Origin: a virus
Lineage: Duplodnaviria; Caudoviricetes
Virus record (IMG/VR): IMGVR_UViG_3300042282_000085
Length of the DNA stretch: 64,000 nt
Strand: one strand, 5' to 3'
Part shown: one piece after another, positions 20,066 to 29,883 of the stretch
Layout: every line of letters begins with the position of its first letter
Position numbering within the stretch: position 1 is the stretch's first letter
Position numbers and translations under genes: made by a program
Notes under the pieces: model-generated
Told to the model about the DNA's origin: nothing
Databases searched by the model: none
Seen by the model: only the letters and a program-made list of their open reading frames with translations

Positions 20066-20218
20066 TCAATCGTCATCGGGCCCATTGTTGTAATAGGCTA
20101 TGTCTTCGTCTTGAGCTTCGACATCGAGCTCATCTTCGTCTTCCATTTCATCCTCCGCATCAAATAGGAAACACCCCTTACGCAGGGTAAAAATATCCTC
20201 ATCATCGCTACACATCAT
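20066..20218 (-). CDS. Small very acidic protein (50 aa; not in ORF track)
   Basis: MMCSDDEDIFTLRKGCFLFDAEDEMEDEDELDVEAQDEDIAYYNNGPDDD; ATGA overlap with upstream stop; ends just before a terminator. Confidence 0.7.
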   Translation of the reverse strand: MMCSDDEDIFTLRKGCFLFDAEDEMEDEDELDVEAQDEDIAYYNNGPDDD

Positions 20219-20610
20219 GCCCAGCCTGCCCCATTAGAGCTCCCAATAATGCGGGTCAGTGCCTGGTTAAGGTCGCCATAGGGCGGCATATGGTAGTGGG
20301 CTTGGTTAGGCTGTAGGGCAGCGTTATTAATCTCTATAGATACAAATACATTGGCCTTGGCCCATACAAAACCAATGGATGTGATAATGCCCCCCATAGT
20401 TGCTTGTGGATAAGGGGCATTGGGCCATTGGCTAACATGGCCCATGGGGTTTCTGATCACCAAATCGGGGGGAGTATCGAATACATTTCCCTCTACCGGA
20501 ACGTTATCGCAAAACCAATTCTTCAGAAGATCGTAGGGTACTGTTATGGTACCCCGATCTTCGACAATCCCGTTTACTAAATCACTGATGTTGCCTACAA
20601 AAATAGTCAT
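20215..20610 (-). CDS. Hypothetical protein
   Basis: 131 aa, GGAG SD. Confidence 0.65.
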   Translation of the reverse strand: MTIFVGNISDLVNGIVEDRGTITVPYDLLKNWFCDNVPVEGNVFDTPPDLVIRNPMGHVSQWPNAPYPQATMGGIITSIGFVWAKANVFVSIEINNAALQPNQAHYHMPPYGDLNQALTRIIGSSNGAGWA

Positions 20611-20661
20611 AGTGTATCTCCAAAAATATAAAAGGTTACTAAGTCTAAATCAAGCATAGAT

Positions 20662-20689
20662 ACCCTGGCTCCCAGAAGGAAGCCAGGGC
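20662..20689 (-). terminator. Hairpin followed by TATGC
   Basis: CCCTGGCT...AGCCAGGG stem; AAGCATA at 20652. Confidence 0.55.
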
Positions 20690-20696
20690 ATTCTAA

Positions 20697-21098
20697 TTAG
20701 CCTACCAACATACGGCTTATTTCGGCCTGGGCTCCAGAGAGGAGCTCCTCACCGGTCAGGGTACGTTCGACGCCAGAGACCATACTCCACTCGCCGTCTT
20801 CGGCGTTCTTATGGATGGAGTGGTTGACCTCCACTCCAGGGCCCATATGGAAGGTACCGGAGATCAGATCCGCATCCGGATTATCTTTCAGGTACGTCTC
20901 CGTTGCTGTACCCAGTGCCTTGGCACTGGAGACAATATAGTCCGATTCGTACTGCCGTACGGCAGTCACCGTTTCAGGGGTAACTGCTTCAGGGGCGTTT
21001 GACCAAAATGCCCCTTCATCGAGTTCAACACTACCGTCAGTAACGGTAGTCAGTTCTGTCAATGCTGCGGTCAGGTTCTTGATGGTATCGTTAGACAT
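20697..21098 (-). CDS. Acidic early protein
   Basis: 133 aa, GGAG SD, first gene after the early promoter at 21158. Confidence 0.7.
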   Translation of the reverse strand: MSNDTIKNLTAALTELTTVTDGSVELDEGAFWSNAPEAVTPETVTAVRQYESDYIVSSAKALGTATETYLKDNPDADLISGTFHMGPGVEVNHSIHKNAEDGEWSMVSGVERTLTGEELLSGAQAEISRMLVG

Positions 21099-21157
21099 CG
21101 TTAATCTCCATTAAATGTCATGTGATGTAAAGAGTATAGTGCACTGTACTCCCCTAA

Positions 21158-21167
21158 GTAATATAGG
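21158..21167 (-). promoter_or_regulatory. Early promoter CCTATATTAC
   Basis: Exact repeat of the motif in an intergenic gap. Confidence 0.75.
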
Positions 21168-21184
21168 GGTGAACTATTATTGAA

Positions 21185-21652
21185 TTACGATAGGCAACCG
21201 GCACGGCGCACTTGAGCAAGGGTCAGGTGCTCCAGTAGTAGCAGTACCAACAGATACGGGGCGGCCTTTAACTCTTCCAGGATTTGGCGACTGAGGGTAG
21301 GCCCTGGATTGGTGTAGTGGACTACGGAAGCCTCTGCAAATTGCTCTGTGATCGCCTGTAAACCTTTACTACCAACCCTGACAGTCAGTCGCCCATAAAG
21401 CAATCTAAGGTCTTGGATAGTCTCGTCGGTTAGTCCCGATAAGAAACGGCCATAGAGTACCTCATCCCCTAGGATCGCGAGGAGGGAGGGTGTACCGGCC
21501 GCCAGGGCGTAGAGGTTACGGACATGTGTCTGTAGGGGTGTGGCATTGAGTTTACGAAGTGTGGTCCGGGCTGCAAACGCAGCCTCTAATATCTCCGTCA
21601 GTACCTCGGTCACCTGGTTGAGGTCAACGTCGACGTCATTGCGTTTAATCAT
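21185..21652 (-). CDS. Hypothetical protein
   Basis: 155 aa; overlaps the upstream gene. Confidence 0.65.
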   Translation of the reverse strand: MIKRNDVDVDLNQVTEVLTEILEAAFAARTTLRKLNATPLQTHVRNLYALAAGTPSLLAILGDEVLYGRFLSGLTDETIQDLRLLYGRLTVRVGSKGLQAITEQFAEASVVHYTNPGPTLSRQILEELKAAPYLLVLLLLEHLTLAQVRRAGCLS

Positions 21653-22160
21653 GGTGGGCTCCCGGTGATTTACGGTGCCGTAAAAGGAAGCGCTGCTGCT
21701 GGTGTATTAAAGCAGGGGCACCTGTTACAACAATTGATGCTAAACATCCAAGCTGCAAAATCATGAGCGGCCAATAGTAGCTGAAGTCCTTTGCTAGAAA
21801 GGAAAGGGTGGGTAACATCGTGATTGTAAAGAGGCTTACAATCAAATACTCATATAGTCGACCCTTTACCGTATCTTTAATAGGCTCACGCTCCCCAATG
21901 GACAATACAAAATACGGGTTGACCACTACCAGTACTGACATTGCAATGACGTAGACGGGATGGGTAATGCCGGGTATAAAGAGCATGGCCATTGATAGGA
22001 AAAAGGAATTAACCAATACGTTGGTTAACAATAGTCCCATGTGGGGCTTTATACCAGGATGACTTACATCTTTAGGGGCGTAGATATACGCAAGGCCCCA
22101 ACCAATAACATTAAAGTAGACAAGCAGCTGCATAGCAGCTGTGGTTTCGATTGCGTTCAT
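21645..22160 (-). CDS. Multi-pass membrane protein
   Basis: About five hydrophobic segments in 171 aa. Confidence 0.7.
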   Translation of the reverse strand: MNAIETTAAMQLLVYFNVIGWGLAYIYAPKDVSHPGIKPHMGLLLTNVLVNSFFLSMAMLFIPGITHPVYVIAMSVLVVVNPYFVLSIGEREPIKDTVKGRLYEYLIVSLFTITMLPTLSFLAKDFSYYWPLMILQLGCLASIVVTGAPALIHQQQRFLLRHRKSPGAHHD

Positions 22161-22167
22161 ATGAACC

Positions 22168-24624
22168 TCAATAATAACGAAGGGTGGCGTGGTTGTTATA
22201 GTCTCTAGGTACTACGATGTTTTGGGGCGATAGAACCAAGGTATCGGCATTGGCCAATCCACCGTATTCGGAGGAGAAGTGATTCACCATGAAGAGTTGC
22301 TCACATTGACGGGTATCTAGCATATGCTTAACATACTGCATAAACCGACCTCGGTGGGTGTGGTCAAACGCTGCACCGACCTCATCCAGAAATAAAGGAT
22401 ATTGGTTCAACCCTTTATAAGCCAGTAGAACGACTGTAAAGGCAAAGTTAATTACCTCTTGTTGTCCCTTTGAGGTTAACCCTATATCCGGCACAACTTC
22501 GTCCTCGACACGGACAGGAAACTTATAGTCCAGTTTCCCCTTTTCTATGCCACAGGGCAAGACCGACAGATCATACTCCCAGATTGCACCGATCACTCGA
22601 TTCATTTGGGAGACAAAGTCATTGATGAAGCCTTGCATCTGCTCGGCAATAAAGCCATCCTTAGGTGAAAGTTCGTTCAGTAGTAGACTATAGGCTTCTC
22701 GTTTACCCCTGAGTTCCTTTACATCCCCCTCGAGACGACCGATATGGTCCTCTAAATGTTTGGCTTTATTTACCCGTTCCGATATGCCATACAGTTCAGC
22801 CTCTAGTGTTTTAAGTTGCTCCTCCACACCCTGGTAACCAATGGCATTGCCATAATCCGCAAAGGCTTCTCCCGCCTCTCCGACTGCGGCTTCAATCTCC
22901 GTGTGTAACGCTGTGAGGGTTTCGAATACCGTAATCAGGGATTTAGTGTCATTGAGCTCTACCTGTAAGGTGCGTTGTAATTTGAGGATATCCTCATACC
23001 GCGCTTCTAGAGCAGTGGCTTGTCCCTGTACATCCATTCGACCCGCATCCTCAATCGTTTTAAGGGTCCCCTCAATATCGAGCTTACGTTTAATCAGTGT
23101 CTGATAATTAGCTTGTACCTCTAGCGTACGACGATCACGGTCCAAGCGATCTACCACGGTACGTAGGTCAGCCTCAATATCCACCAATGACACGTACCCC
23201 AGTGTTTGGAGATATTCCATTACTGCAGGCTCTGCATCCAGTACCCGTTTAATACGGTTAACGACCTGCACGTAGTTACGGTAACCGGTCAATATGGATT
23301 CCTGCTCAGTAAGCTGCATAGAGAGGGTCTCCGCACGCCTACCCAAGGCTTCTACGGCATCGACCAATACACTGAACCCAGCATCATCTAATGCCCGTGC
23401 CGGATACACCTTTGTACTGCAATTTGGACAGGTCAGTGCGCCTGAACGATGGTGCTCTGCGTGTATCAAACGTTCCTGTTCTACCTTAAGCTGCTCATTC
23501 GCTTTTAAGTGGTCGGTCGCCAGTGCACGACAGGTATCCTGTTGCGTAAGTAAGGTAGCGCGATCGCATGGCTGATATTGGTCGGGATAGTCGATCGCAA
23601 TTTCATAGAGTGCCTTAGAGACGTAGTGCATTGGTCGGATAAGCTCTACACTTACGTCTAAGGCTTTGGGTGTTCCCATTTTCTCTAGTGAGGCTTCAAT
23701 CTCATTAAGCTCACGCCGAAGACGGTCGGTACCCGCATCGGTATTCTCCACCATCGCCTTGTGCTTGTTTAGCTCATCCAGCTGCACCAGTACAGAACGT
23801 GCTTCACCCTCTAACTGATGGTACTGTTCGGTAAGTCCGGCCCGTCTTTCCAGTGCAGCGCCATAGCTACGAAGTCCATTCGTGGATACGGATTTAACAT
23901 CCTTCGCCTGTTGAATATACGCCAACAGCTCATCCCGTACCCTCAATACACGCTCACTGTACCGGGACATATCCACTTTCTCATTTAAAGAATGAGGACG
24001 CAGGGCGAAGATCGCTTGCTCTAACACGTTATAGCGCTGCGCGGCCAATTCGCGATCCTCAATCAGTCCGAGCTCCCGATGGAGCGACTCGATTTTGGTC
24101 TCTAGATGTTTAATGGCGCCAGTGGTGTCTCTCTGCCCCGTACGCAGGCGATCGTACAGACCTAGGGCATACGTCAGGTCTAGATGAGAAATCGACATGA
24201 GGACGTCCTGGCGCTGTGCAGGGCCCATCTGTGTAAAGTGGGTTTCCTGAAGAAGCAGTTTCTGTAGTTCAGCCGTGTAATTCAGTTCCCGTTCCATGTG
24301 TTCCTTATAGACAGGAGCCACTGCATCTTCACACAGGGACTGACCGTCACAGATAAAAGTATGCTTCGCACTGCGACCGTGTATTTTGGAGATACCGATA
24401 TACTGCTTACCCTGGTGCTCGATATGGATCTCTTTATAGCCCTCTTTGGTAAAGTCACCCGGTGAAATTGGCATCGGGTTAAGCTGCCTAAGAAGACTAC
24501 TTTTACCTGACCCATTCGTACCGAGTATAAGCTGCAAGAGTGAGTCAAGCTGTACATCAATTTCCTTAATCATGGATAGGGCTAAGTTACGGTATCCATG
24601 TAAGACCAGCCGTGTAATGCGCAT
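22168..24624 (-). CDS. sbcC: SbcC/Rad50-like SMC ATPase
   Basis: GTNGSGKS, coiled coils, CPNC zinc hook, SKGQ signature, LFLDE. Confidence 0.92.
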   Translation of the reverse strand: MRITRLVLHGYRNLALSMIKEIDVQLDSLLQLILGTNGSGKSSLLRQLNPMPISPGDFTKEGYKEIHIEHQGKQYIGISKIHGRSAKHTFICDGQSLCEDAVAPVYKEHMERELNYTAELQKLLLQETHFTQMGPAQRQDVLMSISHLDLTYALGLYDRLRTGQRDTTGAIKHLETKIESLHRELGLIEDRELAAQRYNVLEQAIFALRPHSLNEKVDMSRYSERVLRVRDELLAYIQQAKDVKSVSTNGLRSYGAALERRAGLTEQYHQLEGEARSVLVQLDELNKHKAMVENTDAGTDRLRRELNEIEASLEKMGTPKALDVSVELIRPMHYVSKALYEIAIDYPDQYQPCDRATLLTQQDTCRALATDHLKANEQLKVEQERLIHAEHHRSGALTCPNCSTKVYPARALDDAGFSVLVDAVEALGRRAETLSMQLTEQESILTGYRNYVQVVNRIKRVLDAEPAVMEYLQTLGYVSLVDIEADLRTVVDRLDRDRRTLEVQANYQTLIKRKLDIEGTLKTIEDAGRMDVQGQATALEARYEDILKLQRTLQVELNDTKSLITVFETLTALHTEIEAAVGEAGEAFADYGNAIGYQGVEEQLKTLEAELYGISERVNKAKHLEDHIGRLEGDVKELRGKREAYSLLLNELSPKDGFIAEQMQGFINDFVSQMNRVIGAIWEYDLSVLPCGIEKGKLDYKFPVRVEDEVVPDIGLTSKGQQEVINFAFTVVLLAYKGLNQYPLFLDEVGAAFDHTHRGRFMQYVKHMLDTRQCEQLFMVNHFSSEYGGLANADTLVLSPQNIVVPRDYNNHATLRYY

Positions 24625-24654
24625 TCCTGCTTCCTATTATGGTAGATATATGGT

Positions 24655-25026
24655 TTAGTCGACCTGCTCAAGAATATGCCAGCGACCCTGTTTATAGTAG
24701 AGAGTAACCCAATTATGCGTAAACGTATCGCCTTCTACAGGAGACTCTTTCTTGGCATACGCCATACAGAGAGCTTCCTCTCGATCCTTCATCATGGACC
24801 TCAGACCCGCGGCTGAGCCTTTCGTATCACCTTCAAGCTTCTTACGGATCAAACGGTCCAATACCGGGTTACCCGATTCAGGTATCAAAAGCTCCAAACA
24901 AAAATATTCCTGTTTAGTGAGTCCCTGTGAGTGCCCATTGGGGTAAACGGGTCGATTGTCAGTCTGTGTCTCATCGGTACGCCCGACCGGACGACCTTGG
25001 GAGATAATAAGTGTATCGTCGTGCAT
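24655..25026 (-). CDS. Hypothetical phage protein
   Basis: 123 aa, GLTKQEYF motif, AAGGA SD. Confidence 0.6.
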   Translation of the reverse strand: MHDDTLIISQGRPVGRTDETQTDNRPVYPNGHSQGLTKQEYFCLELLIPESGNPVLDRLIRKKLEGDTKGSAAGLRSMMKDREEALCMAYAKKESPVEGDTFTHNWVTLYYKQGRWHILEQVD

Positions 25027-25091
25027 GGTTAGTGTCCTTTACTATAGTTAGATCATTGAAGGGGGCAATATAATTAAATTCGAGCATAGGG

Positions 25092-25118
25092 TCCCCACTC
25101 CCCGAAGGGAGTGGGGGG
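25092..25118 (-). terminator. Hairpin followed by TATGC
   Basis: CCCCACTCC-CCGAAG-GGAGTGGGG; AGCATA at 25083. Confidence 0.65.
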
Positions 25119-25136
25119 CGTTGCTAGTGCTAGCGG

Positions 25137-25427
25137 TTAAAGGTGAATACAGAGACCCACAATGACCGGCAGGACTGAGACAACAGGGATGGCCAAATAG
25201 TGTACAACCTTGTGTACAGTTTCTTCAGCCCGGTGTACCTCGTCTTTAGACACAAACGAATTGCGCCGAATCGACAGATACGTGTTGCGACGGGATAATG
25301 GTCGTAACCCATAAAGGCGATATGTCAACTCAATGAGCAGGGGGTGGTTATCGTTTACCCATGCCCGCAGTGCAAACCATACGACCAGACTCGCCACGAT
25401 TGAAATCGCAAGAACCATCGATTCCAT
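25137..25427 (-). CDS. Small two-TM membrane protein
   Basis: Hydrophobic N- and C-termini, GAGG SD. Confidence 0.6.
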   Translation of the reverse strand: MESMVLAISIVASLVVWFALRAWVNDNHPLLIELTYRLYGLRPLSRRNTYLSIRRNSFVSKDEVHRAEETVHKVVHYLAIPVVSVLPVIVGLCIHL

Positions 25428-25478
25428 GTTGGCCTCCTCGCGTCTGAGTTGCCTAGAACGGCATAGGATAGGCGCGTA

Positions 25479-26231
25479 TTACCACTTAAACCAGTTGCTA
25501 TCGGCGTTGACGGTCTGTACGGTTTCCCACCCCAATTCCGTCAGGACCCGGCTGATGCCCTCACGACAATCTTCCATACCGACTCCGGCCATATCACGCG
25601 CCTTAACCATCTCGGTTCGAGGAATGAGAATGTCTGTATCAATGGATTCCAAGGTCGGGGTCTGGTACTTATTCGCCAAACTGATGCCCGGTTCATTGAC
25701 GTAGTCCCAGGTCACAATGTTCGTGACATGGAGTTCCCGTCGACCCGGCCCCATGCGCTCATTCGTCAACGAGCGAATCGAGAAGGCGACATTCTCTTCT
25801 GGATTGGTCAGGGATTCGTTCAGTACATTCCCGTAGGGACCAGAAGGCTTTACACGGCCAATACAGAGTACCACTGGGCGCCCCTGTTCATCCTTAGATT
25901 CTTCCAGTCGTACTGAAGCGATATGATGTGACACCCGATCGGCTTTAATGGTCACGACTCGTTGAATGAAATCAGTAAGGGATTGACCCGGTTGAGGGGC
26001 AGGATGTTCAAACTCCCCTCGACATTGTCCGTTGTCCAAACGACGGCGCAGGGTACCGCCTACGTCGAACATCTTTTTAACGCTATCCAGTAGCGGATAA
26101 TACTTACCCGCACTGTTGTACACATTAAATGCGCCCAGGGTATGTTCGAAGTACCCATGGTCGTCACGCTTTAGCTGTCGCTTCTTATCCCCTGCGATAA
26201 TCGCACAGCTGTACTTTACACTATCACCCAT
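25479..26231 (-). CDS. Prohead protease (phiKZ gp175-like)
   Basis: GEFEHP (His), AFSIRS (Ser), TWDYVNEPGI; putative self-cleavage TLE. Confidence 0.88.
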   Translation of the reverse strand: MGDSVKYSCAIIAGDKKRQLKRDDHGYFEHTLGAFNVYNSAGKYYPLLDSVKKMFDVGGTLRRRLDNGQCRGEFEHPAPQPGQSLTDFIQRVVTIKADRVSHHIASVRLEESKDEQGRPVVLCIGRVKPSGPYGNVLNESLTNPEENVAFSIRSLTNERMGPGRRELHVTNIVTWDYVNEPGISLANKYQTPTLESIDTDILIPRTEMVKARDMAGVGMEDCREGISRVLTELGWETVQTVNADSNWFKW

Positions 26232-26244
26232 GAGAGTGACTCCT

Positions 26245-26964
26245 TTAACTCAGCAACAGTTCTTCCACTTTCTCTAACCGTTCAGTGGGGTTCACCAGGG
26301 CACTGGTGAGGCCTTCATTCAGGTAAGAGCCCAATAGCTTTGAGGTGGTCGAGGTGGCACCAAAGGCTACGGAGCGCAGTGGAATCATGTCAGGTTTATA
26401 GGTCCCAAGATCTGAGTCCTTTTGAATGATGTTACGGTAATACTTGGTGCGATCGTCCGGATTACGGGCCCGTGCGGCTGCGATCATCTCTAAGATGGCA
26501 CGGTCGGCGTTCAGGTTCATGTTGGCATGGTGCTGGGCAGTATCAAAGAGCGATCCCAAATCCACATAGTCCAAGTACCAGGGCGTTTTACCCTTTGCAA
26601 CAATCTCATCGTAGATGTTGAAGACCAAAGGTGCGGTGCGCACTAAGTCTAATGACGGCATTATTGTATCGCCTACATTAAACTTTAAGATCAAGTAATC
26701 CTCTTCCTCGATCTTAACCACATTGATTTCACTGGGCACTAAGGTCACAATCGCACAGACGTTTGAAACCGCATAGTACCCGTCCACGACCACCGCAAAG
26801 AACCCCACACAGCGAACGGCTGTCTCAATTGACCCTAGCTGACCACTGGCATAGGTACGTGGGATATGGATGGATAGCGCCTGCTTAGCCACAAGGCGCC
26901 CCCCTACCTCATCCAGAGCACTATGGACACGCGCAGCATCTCGTTTTAGTTGCGAGACATTCAT
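26245..26964 (-). CDS. vRNAP beta'-C fragment (phiKZ gp176 / SPN3US gp244-like); start revised to 26964
   Basis: AAAGGAG SD before MNVSQLKRD; TSKLLGSY...GLTSALV...E..E; synteny. Confidence 0.7.
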   Translation of the reverse strand: MNVSQLKRDAARVHSALDEVGGRLVAKQALSIHIPRTYASGQLGSIETAVRCVGFFAVVVDGYYAVSNVCAIVTLVPSEINVVKIEEEDYLILKFNVGDTIMPSLDLVRTAPLVFNIYDEIVAKGKTPWYLDYVDLGSLFDTAQHHANMNLNADRAILEMIAAARARNPDDRTKYYRNIIQKDSDLGTYKPDMIPLRSVAFGATSTTSKLLGSYLNEGLTSALVNPTERLEKVEELLLS

Positions 26965-26977
26965 AGCGACTCCTTTT

Positions 26978-28456
26978 TTATACGGTGGCCTTCGCCATCT
27001 GCTGGACAATCCAGCGTGCAACCAGACGGGTTGCGGCACAGAGTGCAGCCGCCTTAGGGGTAAGCTGATCGTCATCCGCCATCAAACTGCGCATGGTGGT
27101 TAGAATCAGGTACGCATCGGAGTTCTCACGGCCCAGTCCACAGCACACCGCCTTCAGTACATACATGTCCAGTTGCATGGTGTGGGTGTACTCACCCTTA
27201 TCCAGCATTGACATGGTGCGCTCAATCGCAGCACGGCGGGTCTGTTCATCATCCGCAAAGGTCTCACGAATCAATGCGGTGACCTGACTGCGGACCGTAC
27301 GGTTAATAGCGGCTGTGGCCTTAATGCGACCGGTTGCCATATCGGTGCGACGGCTGCGCATGTAGTACTGCTCAAACTGCTGAGGTGCGTTGTAGAGCGA
27401 CTGGTTTGCACCGGTAGAGGCGTAGTTATTGCGGTTTACATACGCCCAGCCTAGGAAGGCTTCCGGTGTACCGCCCTGCTCTTCCAACCAACGGCGGTAG
27501 GTTACTGCGTTCACCAGGTACCGTGTGGCCTCCGTCGGGTTACGGCCTGCATCGGGTGCCTGTACCAGCAGTACGTTATCGGCGATCATACCGGCAACCG
27601 TTGTCAGCTGAAGGTTCAATACGTACCCGAAGTAATTGATTGCGTAGGCAACCTGATTACGCTCATCCGCAGTCAGTGTACCTTCACCGTTTGAACCCGA
27701 ACGGCCCGACTTCACACCGACCAAGAACAGGTAGGCGAACAGTGCATTGGTGTAGGTAAAGGGACAATCACCATTTACCCGGTTAAAGGACACCATGTCA
27801 GTCAGGCATGTGCCATCCATCAGCTCAGCGGGCATACCCTGAGCTTCAATGTGGGCCGCAACCAGATCGTCAAAGGCACCGGAACCGGTCTTGATCGTTG
27901 CTTCGGCTTCTTCCAATGTCAGGTCTTTGGTTAGCTTCTCTGCCAAACGGTACGTCAAAGGTACGTCATCATTTACCTTTGTACGGTGGCGGGATACCAT
28001 GCTTTCCAGAAAGCCTGTTGTAAAGACATCCGGCAACTCAACCATCTCAATGGCTGGGTCCCCTACCTGACCTTCCAGGGCATCACGGGCAGCCGCTTCT
28101 GCTTTTTCAATGATCTCTGCCACAGCCGGGTTAATGGTGTTGCGGGCAAAGTTCAGGCTGGCCGATACACGATCGGATACATACTTAGCGGTCTCAACCA
28201 TGAAGCCTGTGTGTACCTCAACCCCATTGGCATCTGGGGCTTGACTCTGTGCAATCAAACGGCTTTCCAGTGGCTGCAGCTCGGTAACGTCACCATCAGT
28301 AGAAACCTCTACGTCAGACTCAGTAATAAAGTGCAGGCGAGCGGCATTGTTCATTTCCGCCAAGGGGGTACCCGGAATCGCTGTCAGCGGACAGCCTCGG
28401 TACATCTGACCATCAACCAGAGGACGAACGTGTAATACATCTTTAGTACGCAGCAT
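26978..28456 (-). CDS. Head/virion protein (phiKZ gp177-like)
   Basis: GTPLAEM and NFARNTINP; synteny. Confidence 0.7.
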   Translation of the reverse strand: MLRTKDVLHVRPLVDGQMYRGCPLTAIPGTPLAEMNNAARLHFITESDVEVSTDGDVTELQPLESRLIAQSQAPDANGVEVHTGFMVETAKYVSDRVSASLNFARNTINPAVAEIIEKAEAAARDALEGQVGDPAIEMVELPDVFTTGFLESMVSRHRTKVNDDVPLTYRLAEKLTKDLTLEEAEATIKTGSGAFDDLVAAHIEAQGMPAELMDGTCLTDMVSFNRVNGDCPFTYTNALFAYLFLVGVKSGRSGSNGEGTLTADERNQVAYAINYFGYVLNLQLTTVAGMIADNVLLVQAPDAGRNPTEATRYLVNAVTYRRWLEEQGGTPEAFLGWAYVNRNNYASTGANQSLYNAPQQFEQYYMRSRRTDMATGRIKATAAINRTVRSQVTALIRETFADDEQTRRAAIERTMSMLDKGEYTHTMQLDMYVLKAVCCGLGRENSDAYLILTTMRSLMADDDQLTPKAAALCAATRLVARWIVQQMAKATV

Positions 28457-28458
28457 GA

Positions 28459-28671
28459 TTAGGCTCCTTTTTGCAGAGCTGATTTTTCCAACTCATCCGC
28501 CAGCGCTGCGAGCAGGTAAGTATCCACATCCACCTCAGGGACACGCGCAAGCTCATCCCCGATCAGGTTTTCAATTGCACGACTACCCAGGGCCTGCGCA
28601 TTGGCCAAGGTGAGTCGCGTCTCTTCACGCTGCGCCGTTGAAGGCGCTTGCATGGTATCAATAATCTTCAT
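28459..28671 (-). CDS. Small hypothetical protein (start revised to 28671)
   Basis: GAGGAG SD before MKIIDT. Confidence 0.6.
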   Translation of the reverse strand: MKIIDTMQAPSTAQREETRLTLANAQALGSRAIENLIGDELARVPEVDVDTYLLAALADELEKSALQKGA

Positions 28672-28775
28672 CGATGTATCTCCTCGATACGTTTTAGAAT
28701 CCGGATTCTCCAGCGGGAGAAGGAGCAATAGGCCTCAAACGATTCATTCCAGTTATCCCCTACTGCCCCTCTACC

Positions 28776-29883
28776 TTATTTACGATACACGTCCACTACA
28801 TGTCGGTTCAGTGCCCGTAACGCTTTGTTCGTGGTCCCTACAATGGTGCAGCTATAGAGTATGCGGTTTGCTACGCTCTGATACCCAAAGATTGCGTCTA
28901 ACGGCTCACCCGAGGCGGTCTCATTACGTCCCTCCATGACACGACCTACGATGGTTTTCAGCGCGTTATCGAATACCGCTTTATCCCCTACCGCTGCGGT
29001 AATGTCATGGTCCATGTAGAACGTAATGGCCAAGGTATTAGGCGTTAGCTTCTGACCCCCGACAAAGGTAGGCTCGTTTACTTCACCGGTTGCAGCCGGT
29101 AAGCTCCCTTTATAGCTAACCTCTCGCTTACGCTGACGTGTATCCGCCTTCACAATCTCAGCTAAACTCGGATGCATGTCGTCAGGGTTTCCAAAATACA
29201 CCACCTCACGACGCGTCACCTTACCAACAAACCCGGCCTTAGGTGTTTGGTTTGCAAGTTTAGACAGTCCTAGCAGTGCATCGTCCCCTTGACTGAGTGT
29301 GGCTAACTCAGCCTCCTCGATCACACACAGCGGTACGTCTAGGTCAACCTCTTCTCCGACACCCACAATGTTAGAGACAGCCTGATCGAAACGCACCAAT
29401 ACCGTCTTCATTTTACTGATAGGTGTGGACAGACGTTGTGAAAGTGCAGGGGAAATTGCACACCCATCCTCCAAGGTATCCGCATTCTCCATAAAGGCTA
29501 CCTTCGCCATTACCCCACCCTTCATCGAGACTCCGTTTGGATTTAACCGGTCCCGTTGGAAGTAATGTGTATTCCACGTAACCGCGTACCCTTCTGCTAC
29601 ACTATCCCCTTCCTGTAAGTCCGTTACAATATCATGAGGTAGGACAGCACCCGCGGCTTTACCGTGTCGGATACCCAAGGGCAGGGTAACCGTCTCGCCG
29701 TCCTCATATTGAACCGTTATAGAGTCACGACTCACCTTACTGACCTTACCAGGTTTACTGGCAATATACGCAAAGTTATCCCCACAACGATCAGCAATGA
29801 CCTGCTCATACCCGGTGCGCACAGGCGTAAGCGTGGCATCTTTCGCCGATACCATAGACGATTGCTGTACTGATCCCAAGTTT
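28776..29883 (-). CDS. vRNAP beta subunit (gp178-like), exon 2
   Basis: Beta motifs VRTGYE, EDGCAIS, VGDK, LDAIF; joins exon 1 in frame as DPKRV|NLGSVQQS (1330 aa spliced). Confidence 0.88.

Noticed and set aside
19811-20167. Plus-strand 118-aa ORF
   Set aside because: Crosses a terminator and is antisense to the SNase and the acidic small gene.
28776-29879. ORF-track 367-aa protein as an independent RNAP subunit
   Set aside because: TTG start sits four bases after an intron terminal G; better explained as exon 2.
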